Part shown: positions 54,006 through 64,000 of the stretch, in pieces | Layout: the number at the start of each line of letters is the position of its first letter | How positions within the stretch are numbered: the stretch's first letter is position 1 | Assembly: GCF_009914755.1 (NCBI RefSeq) | Contig: NC_060936.1 | Length of the DNA stretch: 64,000 bases | DNA from: the human T2T-CHM13v2.0 reference genome, Homo sapiens | Strand: one strand, 5' to 3' | Notes under the pieces: generated by a model | What the model was told of the DNA's origin: nothing | The model's database searches: none | What the model saw: only the letters and a program-made list of their open reading frames with translations | Translations under genes and position numbers: made by a program

Positions 54006-56722
54006 CCAGCGTTCTATGAAGAAATCCCGTTTCCAACGAAGGCCTCAAAGAGGTCAAATATCTGCTTGCAGACTTTACAGACAGAGTGTTTCCAAACTAC
54101 TCTATGAAAAGAAAGCTTAAACTCCTTGAGTTGAACGCACACATCACAAAGTAGTTTCTGAGAATGATTCTGTCTAGTTTTTATACGAAGATGTTTCCCT
54201 TTCTACATTTGGTCTCAAAGCGATTGAAATCTCCAACTGGAAACTGCACAAATAGGCTGTTTCAAATCTGCTCTGTCTAAAGGAAGGTTCAACTCTGTGA
54301 GTTGAATACACACACCACAAATAAGTTACTGAGAATTCTTCTGTCGAACATTAGAGGAAGAAATCCCGTTTCCAACGAAGGCCTCAAAGAGGTCCAAATA
54401 TCCACTTGCAGACATTACAAACAGTGTGTTTCCCAACTGCTCCATCAAAAGAAAGGTTAAACTCTGTGAGCTGAACACACACATCAAAAAGAAGTTTCTG
54501 TGAATGATTCTGTCTAGATTTTATAAGAAGATGTTTCCTTTTCTACCGTAGGCCTCAAAGCGCTTGAAATCTCCAGCTGCAAATTCCACAAAAAGGGTGT
54601 TTAACATCTGCTCTTCTAAAGGAAAGTTCAACTCTGTGAGTTGAATACACACAGCACAAAGAAGTTACTGAGACTTCTCCTATCAAACATTATATGAAGA
54701 AATTCCGTTTCCAACGAAGGCCTCAAAGAGGTCCAAATATCTGCTTGCAGACTTTACAGACAGTGTGTTTCCAAACTGCTCCATCAAAAGAAAGGTTAAA
54801 CTCCTTGAGTTGAACACACACATCACAAAGTAGTTTCTGTGAATGATTCTGTCTAGTTTTTATACGAAGACGTTTACTTTTCTACCTTTGGTCTCAAAGC
54901 GATTGAAATCTCCACATGGAAACTCCACAAAAAGAGTGTTTCAAATCTGCTCTTTCTGAAGGAAGGTTCAACTCTGTGAGTTGAATACACACACCACAAA
55001 TAAGTTACTGAGAATTCTTCTGTGTAACATTATATGAGGAAATCCCGTTTCCAACGAAGGCCTTAAAGAGTTCCAAATATCCACTTGCAGACTTTACAAA
55101 GACAGTGTCTCCAAACTCCTCCATCAAAAGAAAGGTTATACTCTGTGAATTGAACGCACACATCACAAAGTAGTTTCTGAGAATGATTCTGTCTAGTTTT
55201 TATACGAAGATATTTCCTTTTCTACATTTGGCCTCAAAGCGCTTGAAATCTCCAGCTGCAAATTCCACAAAAAGGGTGTTTAACATCTGCTCTTCTAAAG
55301 GAAAGTTCAACTCTATGAGTTGAATACACACAGCACAAAGAAGTTACTGAGACTTCTCCTATCAAACATTATATGAAGAAATCCCGTTTCCAACGAAGGC
55401 CCCAAAGAGGTCCAAATATCTGCTTGCAGACTTTACAGACAGTGTGTTTCCAAACTGCTCCATCAAAAGAAAGGTTAAACTCCTTGAGTTGAACACACAC
55501 ATCACAAAGTAGTTTCTGTGAATGATTCTGTCTAGTTTTTATACGAAGATGTTTGCTTTTGTACCTTTGGCCTCAAAGCGATTGAAATCTCCACATGGAA
55601 ACTCCACAAAAAGAGTGTTTCAAATCTGCTCTTTCTGAAGGAAGGTTCAACTCTGTGAGTTGAATACACACACCACAAATAAGTTACTGAGAATTCTTCT
55701 GTGTAACATTATATGAGGAAATCCCGTTTCCAACGAAGGCCTCAAAGAGGTCCAAATATCCACTTGCAGACTTTACAAAGACAGTGTCTCCAAACTCCTC
55801 CATCAAAAGAAAGGTTATACTCTGTGAATTGAACGCACACATCACAAAGTAGTTTCTGAGAATGATTCTGTCTAGTTTTTATACGAAGATATTTCCTTTT
55901 CTACATTTGGCCTAAAAGCGCTTGAAATCTCCACCTGCAAATATCACAAAAAGAGGGTTTCACATCTGCTCTGTCTAAAGGACAGTTCACCTCTGTGAGT
56001 TGAATAGAGGCAACACAAAGAACTTACTCAGTATTCTTCTTTCTAGCATTCTATGAAGAAATCCCATTTCCAACGAAGGCCCCAAAGAGGTCCAAATATC
56101 TGCCTGCAGACTTTACAGACAGAGTTTTTCCAAACTGCTCCATCAAAAGAAAGGTTAAACTCCTTGAGTTGAACACACACATCACAAAGTAGTTTCTGTG
56201 AATGATTCTGTCTAGTTTTTATACGAAGATGTTTCCTTTTCTACCTTTGGTCTCAAAGCGATTGAAATCTCCACATGGAAACTCCACAAAAAGAGTGTTT
56301 CAAATCTGCTCTTTCTGAAGGAAGGTTCAACTCTGTGAGTTGAATACACACACCACAAATAAGTTACTGAGAATTCTTCTGTGTAACATTATATGAGGAA
56401 ATCCCGTTTCCAACGAAGGCCTCAAAGAGGTCCAAATATCCACTTGCAGACTTTACAAAGACAGTGTCTCCAAACTCCTCCATCAAAAGAAAGGTTATAC
56501 TCTGTGAATTGAACGCACACATCACAAAGTAGTTTCTGAGAATGATTCTGTCTAGTTTTTATACGAAGATATTTCCTTTTCTACATTTGGCCTAAAAGCG
56601 CTTGAAATCTCCACCTGCAAATATCACAAAAAGAGGGTTTCACATCTGCTCTGTCTAAAGGACAGTTCACCTCTGTGAGTTGAATAGAGGCAACACAAAG
56701 AACTTACTCAGTATTCTTCTTT
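54006..56722 (-). repeat. 16-mer variant A-B-C-[D/B hybrid]-C-D-C-D
   Basis: The dimer at ~55024-55362 starts as D (GATATTTCC...ACATTTGG) and switches at ~55230 to B (CCTCAAAGCGC, CCAGCTGCAAATTCC, CTTCTCCTATC). Confidence 0.88.
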
Positions 56723-59700
56723 CTAGCGTTCTATGAAGAAATCCCGTTTCCAACGAAGGCCTCAAAGAGGTCAAATATCTGCTTGCAGACTTTACAGACA
56801 GAGTGTTTCCAAACTACTCTATGAAAAGAAAGCTTAAACTCCTTGAGTTGAACGCACACATCACAAAGTAGTTTCTGAGAATGATTCTGTCTAGTTTTTA
56901 TACGAAGATGTTCCCTTTTCTACATTTGCTCTCAAAGCGATTGAAATCTCCAACTGGAAACTGCACAAATAGGCTGTTTCAAATCTGCTCTGTCTAAAGG
57001 AAGGTTCAACTCTGTGAGTTGAATACACACACCACAAATAAGTTACTGAGAATTCTTCTGTCGAACATTACTTGAAGAAATCCCGTTTCCAACGAAGGCC
57101 TCAAAGAGGTCCAAATATCCACTTGCAGACATTACAAACAGAGTGTTTCCAAACTGCTCCATCAAAAGAAAGGTTAAACTCTGTGAGCTGAACACACACA
57201 TCAAAAAGAAGTTTCTGTGAATGATTCTGTCTAGATTTTATAAGAAGATGTTTCCTTTTCTACCGTAGGCCTCAAAGCGCTTGAAATCTCCAGCTGCAAA
57301 TTCCACAAAAAGGGTGTTTAACATCTGCTCTTCTAAAGGAAAGTTCAACTCTATGAGTTGAATACACACAGCACAAAGAAGTTACTGAGACTTCTCCTAT
57401 CAAACATTATATGAAGAAATCCCGTTTCCAACGAAGGCCTCAAAGAGGTCCAAATATCTGCTTGCAGACTTTACAGACAGAGTGTTTCCAAACTGCTCCA
57501 TCAAAAGAAAGGTTAAACTCCTTGAGTTGAACACACACATCACAAAGTAGTTTCTGTGAATGATTCTGTCTAGTTTTTATACGAAGATGTTTCCTTTTCT
57601 ACCTTTGGTCTCAAAGCGATTGAAATCTCCACATGGAAACTCAACAAAAAGAGTGTTTCAAATCTGCTCTCTCTGAAGGAAGGTTCAACTCTGTGAGTTG
57701 AATACAGACACCACAAATAAGTTACTGAGAATTCTTCTGTGTAACATTATATGAGGAAATCCCGTTTCCAACGAAGGCCTCAAAGAGGTCCAAATATCCA
57801 CTTGCAGACTTTACAAAGACAGTGTCTCCAAACTCCTCCATCAAAAGAAAGGTTATACTCTGTGAATTGAACGCACACATCACAAAGTAGTTTCTGAGAA
57901 TGATTCTGTCTAGTTTTTATACGAAGATATTTCCTTTTCTACATTTGGCCTAAAAGCGCTTGAAATCTCCACCTGCAAATATCACAAAAAGAGGGTTTCA
58001 CATCTGCTCTGTCTAAAGGACAGTTCACCTCTGTGAGTTGAATAGAGGCAACACAAAGAACTTACTCAGTATTCTTCTTTCTAGCGTTCTATGAAGAAAT
58101 CCCGTTTCCAACGAAGGCCTCAAAGAGGTCAAATATCTGCTTGCAGACTTTACAGACAGAGTGTTTCCAAACTACTCTATGAAAAGAAAGCTTAAACTCC
58201 TTGAGTTGAACGCACACATCACAAAGTAGTTTCTGAGAATGATTCTGTCTAGTTTTTATACGAAGATGTTTCCTTTTCTACATTTGGTCTCAAAGCGATT
58301 GAAATCTCCAACTGGAAACTGCACAAATAGGCTGTTTCAAATCTGCTCTGTCTAAAGGAAGGTTCAGCTCTGTGAGTTGAATACACACACCACAAATAAG
58401 TTACTGAGAATTCTTCTGTCGAACATTACAGGAAGAAATCCCGTTTCCAACGAAGGCCTCAAAGAGGTCCAAATATCCACTTGCGGACATTACAAACAGT
58501 GTGTTTCCCAACTGCTCCATCAAAAGAAAGGTTAAACTCTGTGAGCTGAACACACACATCAAAAAGAAGTTTCTGTGAATGATTCTGTCTAGATTTTATA
58601 AGAAGATGTTTCCTTTTCTACCGTAGGCCTCAAAGCGCTTGAAATCTCCAGCGGCAAATTCCACAAAAAGGGTGTTTAACATCTGCTCTTCTAAAGGAAA
58701 GTTCAACTCTATGAGTTGAATACACACAGCACAAAGAAGTTACTGAGACTTCTCCTATCAAACATTATATGAAGAAATCCCGTTTCCAACGAAGGCCTCA
58801 AAGAGGTCCAAATATCTGCTTGCAGACTTTACAGACAGAGTGTTTCCAAACTGCTCCATCAAAAGAAAGGTTAAACTCCTTGAGTTGAACACACACATCA
58901 CAAAGTAGTTTCTGTGAATGTTTCTGTCTAGTTTTTATACGAAGATGTTTCCTTTTCTACCTTTGGTCTCAAAGCGATTGAAATCTCCACATGGAAACTC
59001 CACAAAAAGAGTGTTTCAAATCTGCTCTTTCTGAAGGAAGGTTCAACTCTGTGAGTTGAATACACACACCACAAATAAGTTACTGAGAATTCTTCTGTGT
59101 AACATTATATGAGGAAATCCCGTTTCCAACGAAGGCCTCAAAGAGGTCCAAATATCCACTTGCAGACTTTACAAAGACAGTGTCTCCAAACTCCTCCATC
59201 AAAAGAAAGGTTATACTCTGTGAATTGAACGCACACATCACAAAGTAGTTTCTGAGAATGATTCTGTCTAGTTTTTATACGAAGATATTTCCTTTTCTAC
59301 ATTTGGCCTAAAAGCGCTTGAAATCTCCACCTGCAAATATCACAAAAAGAGGGTTTCACATCTGCTCTGTCTAAAGGACAGTTCACCTCTGTGAGTTGAA
59401 TAGAGGCAACACAAAGAACTTACTCAGTATTCTTCTTTCTAGCATTCTATGAAGAAATCCCGTTTCCAACGAAGGCCCCAAAGAGGTCCAAATATCTGCT
59501 TGCAGACTTTACAGACAGAGTTTTTCCAAACTGCTCCATCAAAAGAAAGGTTAAACTCCTTGAGTTGAACACACACATCACAAAGTAGTTTCTGTGAATG
59601 ATTCTGTCTAGTTTTTATAAGAAGATGTTTCCTTTTCTACCTTTGGTCTCAAAGCGATTGAAATCTCCACATGGAAACTCCACAAAAAGAGTGTTTCAAA

Positions 59701-62700
59701 TCTGCTCTTTCTGAAGGAAGGTTCAACTCTGTGAGTTGAATACACACACCACAAATAAGTTACTGAGAATTCTTCTGTGTAACATTATATGAGGAAATCC
59801 CGTTTCCAACGAAGGCCTCAAAGAGGTCCAAATATCCACTTGCAGACTTTACAAAGACAGTGTCTCCAAACTCCTCCATCAAAAGAAAGGTTATACTCTG
59901 TGAATTGAACGCACACATCACAAAATAGTTTCTGAGAATGATTCTGTCTAGTTTTTATACGAAGATATTTCCTTTTCTACATTTGGCCTAAAAGCGCTTG
60001 AAATCTCCACCTGCAAATATCACAAAAAGAGGGTTTCACATCTGCTCTGTCTAAAGGACAGTTCACCTCTGTGAGTTGAATAGAGGCAACACAAAGAACT
60101 TACTCAGTATTCTTCTTTCCAGCGTTCTATGAAGAAATCCCGTTTCCAACGAAGGCCTCAAAGAGGTCAAATATCTGCTTGCAGACTTTACAGACAGAGT
60201 GTTTCCAAACTACTCTATGAAAAGAAAGCTTAAACTCCTTGAGTTGAACGCACACATCACAAAGTAGTTTCTGAGAATGATTCTGTCTAGTTTTTATACG
60301 AAGATGTTTCCCTTTCTACATTTGGTCTCAAAGCGATTGAAATCTCCAACTGGAAACTGCACAAATAGGCTGTTTCAAATCTGCTCTGTCTAAAGGAAGG
60401 TTCAACTCTGTGAGTTGAATACACACACCACAAATAAGTTACTGAGAATTCTTCTGTCGAACATTAGAGGAAGAAATCCCGTTTCCAACGAAGGCCTCAA
60501 AGAGGTCCAAATATCCACTTGCAGACATTACAAACAGTGTGTTTCCCAACTGCTCCATCAAAAGAAAGGTTAAACTCTGTGAGCTGAACACACACATCAA
60601 AAAGAAGTTTCTGTGAATGATTCTGTCTAGATTTTATAAGAAGATGTTTCCTTTTCTACCGTAGGCCTCAAAGCGCTTGAAATCTCCAGCTGCAAATTCC
60701 ACAAAAAGGGTGTTTAACATCTGCTCTTCTAAAGGAAAGTTCAACTCTGTGAGTTGAATACACACAGCACAAAGAAGTTACTGAGACTTCTCCTATCAAA
60801 CATTATATGAAGAAATCCCGTTTCCAACGAAGGCCTCAAAGAGGTCCAAATATCTGCTTGCAGACTTTACAGACAGAGTGTTTCCAAACTGCTCCATCAA
60901 AAGAAAGGTTAAACTCCTTGAGTTGAACACACACATCACAAAGTAGTTTCTGTGAATGTTTCTGTCTAGTTTTTATACGAAGATGTTTCCTTTTCTACCT
61001 TTGGTCTCAAAGCGATTGAAATCTCCACATGGAAACTCCACAAAAAGAGTGTTTCAAATCTGCTCTTTCTGAAGGAAGGTTCAACTCTCTGAGTTGAATA
61101 CACACACCACAAATAAGTTACTGAGAATTCTTCTGTGTAACATTATATGAGGAAATCCCGTTTCCAACGAAGGCCTCAAAGAGGTCCAAATATCCACTTG
61201 CAGACTTTACAAAGACAGTGTCTCCAAACTCCTCCATCAAAAGAAAGGTTATACTCTGTGAATTGAACGCACACATCACAAAGTAGTTTCTGAGAATGAT
61301 TCTGTCTAGTTTTTATACGAAGATATTTCCTTTTCTACATTTGGCCTAAAAGCGCTTGAAATCTCCACCTGCAAATATCACAAAAAGAGGGTTTCACATC
61401 TGCTCTGTCTAAAGGACAGTTCACCTCTGTGAGTTGAATAGAGGCAACACAAAGAACTTACTCAGTATTCTTCTTTCTAGCATTCTATGAAGAAATCCCG
61501 TTTCCAACGAAGGCCCCAAAGAGGTCCAAATATCTGCTTGCAGACTTTACAGACAGAGTTTTTCCAAACTGCTCCATCAAAAGAAAGGTTAAACTCCTTG
61601 AGTTGAACACACACATCCAAAGTAGTTTCTGTGAATGATTCTGTCTAGTTTTTATAAGAAGATGTTTCCTTTTCTACCTTTGGTCTCAAAGCGATTGAAA
61701 TCTCCACATGGAAACTCCACAAAAAGAGTGTTTCAAATCTGCTCTTTCTGAAGGAAGGTTCAACTCTGTGAGTTGAATACACACACCACAAATAAGTTAC
61801 TGAGAATTCTTCTGTGTAACATTATATGAGGAAATCCCGTTTCCAACGAAGGCCTCAAAGAGGTCCAAATATCCACTTGCAGACTTTACAAAGACAGTGT
61901 CTCCAAACTCCTCCATCAAAAGAAAGGTTATACTCTGTGAATTGAACGCACACATCACAAAATAGTTTCTGAGAATGATTCTGTCTAGTTTTTATACGAA
62001 GATATTTCCTTTTCTACATTTGGCCTAAAAGCGCTTGAAATCTCCACCTGCAAATATCACAAAAAGAGGGTTTCACATCTGCTCTGTCTAAAGGACAGTT
62101 CACCTCTGTGAGTTGAATAGAGGCAACACAAAGAACTTACTCAGTATTCTTCTTTCCAGCGTTCTATGAAGAAATCCCGTTTCCAACGAAGGCCTCAAAG
62201 AGGTCAAATATCTGCTTGCAGACTTTACAGACAGAGTGTTTCCAAACTACTCTATGAAAAGAAAGCTTAAACTCCTTGAGTTGAACGCACACATCACAAA
62301 GTAGTTTCTGAGAATGATTCTGTCTAGTTTTTATACGAAGATGTTTCCCTTTCTACATTTGGTCTCAAAGCGATTGAAATCTCCAACTGGAAACTGCACA
62401 AATAGGCTGTTTCAAATCTGCTCTGTCTAAAGGAAGGTTCAACTCTGTGAGTTGAATACACACACCACAAATAAGTTACTGAGAATTCTTCTGTCGAACA
62501 TTAGAGGAAGAAATCCCGTTTCCAACGAAGGCCTCAAAGAGGTCCAAATATCCACTTGCAGACATTACAAACAGTGTGTTTCCCAACTGCTCCATCAAAA
62601 GAAAGGTTAAACTCTGTGAGCTGAACACACACATCAAAAAGAAGTTTCTGTGAATGATTCTGTCTAGATTTTATAAGAAGATGTTTCCTTTTCTACCGTA

Positions 62701-64000
62701 GGCCTCAAAGCGCTTGAAATCTCCAGCTGCAAATTCCACAAAAAGGGTGTTTAACATCTGCTCTTCTAAAGGAAAGTTCAACTCTGTGAGTTGAATACAC
62801 ACAGCACAAAGAAGTTACTGAGACTTCTCCTATCAAACATTATATGAAGAAATCCCGTTTCCAACGAAGGCCTCAAAGAGGTCCAAATATCTGCTTGCAG
62901 ACTTTACAGACAGAGTGTTTCCAAACTGCTCCATCAAAAGAAAGGTTAAACTCCTTGAGTTGAACACACACATCACAAAGTAGTTTCTGTGAATGTTTCT
63001 GTCTAGTTTTTATACGAAGATGTTTCCTTTTCTACCTTTGGTCTCAAAGCGATTGAAATCTCCACATGGAAACTCCACAAAAAGAGTGTTTCAAATCTGC
63101 TCTTTCTGAAGGAAGGTTCAACTCTGTGAGTTGAATACACACACCACAAATAAGTTACTGAGAATTCTTCTGTGTAACATTATATGAGGAAATCCCGTTT
63201 CCAACGAAGGCCTCAAAGAGGTCCAAATATCCACTTGCAGACTTTACAAAGACAGTGTCTCCAAACTCCTCCATCAAAAGAAAGGTTATACTCTGTGAAT
63301 TGAACGCACACATCACAAAGTAGTTTCTGAGAATGATTCTGTCTAGTTTTTATACGAAGATATTTCCTTTTCTACATTTGGCCTAAAAGCGCTTGAAATC
63401 TCCACCTGCAAATATCACAAAAAGAGGGTTTCACATCTGCTCTGTCTAAAGGACAGTTCACCTCTGTGAGTTGAATAGAGGCAACACAAAGAACTTACTC
63501 AGTATTCTTCTTTCTAGCATTCTATGAAGAAATCCCGTTTCCAACGAAGGCCCCAAAGAGGTCCAAATATCTGCTTGCAGACTTTACAGACAGAGTTTTT
63601 CCAAACTGCTCCATCAAAAGAAAGGTTAAACTCCTTGAGTTGAACACACACATCCAAAGTAGTTTCTGTGAATGATTCTGTCTAGTTTTTATAAGAAGAT
63701 GTTTCCTTTTCTACCTTTGGTCTCAAAGCGATTGAAATCTCCACATGGAAACTCCACAAAAAGAGTGTTTCAAATCTGCTCTTTCTGAAGGAAGGTTCAA
63801 CTCTGTGAGTTGAATACACACACCACAAATAAGTTACTGAGAATTCTTCTGTGTAACATTATATGAGGAAATCCCGTTTCCAACGAAGGCCTCAAAGAGG
63901 TCCAAATATCCACTTGCAGACTTTACAAAGACAGTGTCTCCAAACTCCTCCATCAAAAGAAAGGTTATACTCTGTGAATTGAACGCACACATCACAAAAT

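Larger units (their letters stand above)
1..64000 (-). repeat. Centromeric alpha-satellite higher-order repeat array (SF1 dimeric type), single orientation, runs off both window ends
   Basis: ~340-bp periodicity throughout (GAAATCCCGTTTCCAACGAAGG at ~17, 357, 696, 1036...), each dimer made of two related ~170-bp monomers. The reverse complement reads as typical alphoid DNA (CATTCTCAGAAACTACTTTGTGATGTGTG...; CTTCGTTGGAAACGGGATTTCTTCAT). GACCTCTTTGAGGCC before the box and GAATTCTCAGTAACTT are SF1 (J1/J2)-like. Confidence 0.99.
27854..64000 (-). repeat. 12-mer-dominated HOR domain (12 x 12-mer with the last one truncated, 5 x 8-mer, one 14-mer, one 16-mer)
   Basis: A-dimer starts (length in monomers): ~27854(12), 29893(12), 31931(12), 33969(12), 36007(8), 37365(12), 39403(12), 41441(12), 43479(8), 44837(12), 46875(12), 48913(14), 51290(8), 52648(8), 54006(16), 56723(8), 58081(12), 60119(12), 62156(12, partial). 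Confidence 0.88.

Noticed and set aside
1-64000. CRISPR-like array (conserved ~35-bp motif at regular spacing)
   Set aside because: The intervening ~300 bp are themselves repeated rather than unique spacers, there are no cas genes, and the motif is the CENP-B box region.
1-64000. Transposon insertion (L1/Alu), inversion or non-satellite island
   Set aside because: The dimer register and box orientation could be followed continuously across the window. I saw no poly-A tail, target-site duplication or foreign sequence.
1-64000. Assignment to chr18 D18Z1 (8/12-mer) or chr10 D10Z1 (8-mer)
   Set aside because: D18Z1 is SF2, whereas these monomers look SF1. D10Z1 is SF1 and cannot be fully excluded without alignment, but one HindIII site per 8-mer fits my recollection of chr12 better.
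1-64000. A previously undescribed gene-based biological system
   Set aside because: Nothing in the window supports one. All structure is explained by known alpha-satellite HOR organisation and turnover, and only the specific variant arrangement may be undescribed.

Overview
The whole 64 kb window is one uninterrupted, single-orientation tandem array of primate (very probably human) centromeric alpha satellite. It consists of ~171-bp monomers paired into ~340-bp dimers (about 189 by my count), each carrying one CENP-B box site on the minus strand. The monomers are of the dimeric suprachromosomal family 1 type. Four distinguishable dimers (here A, B, C, D) build an 8-monomer, ~1359-bp higher-order repeat (HOR) with one HindIII and one PvuII site; this best fits the chromosome 12 array D12Z3, an assignment made from recall and not by search. 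I see no genes, RNA genes, transposons, CRISPR arrays or inversions, and the five ORFs are chance products of the repeat. I found no new gene system; the interest lies in array architecture. There is a haplotype transition at ~28-30 kb. Left of it is a more heterogeneous domain dominated by 8-mers (with 6-, 10- and 12-mer variants and a 2.7-kb SNV periodicity). Right of it is a more homogeneous domain dominated by 12-mers, organised as a ~7.5-kb HOR-of-HORs modified by 2-kb duplications and in-register deletions. All counts and coordinates were read by eye and may be off by a few bases or copies.
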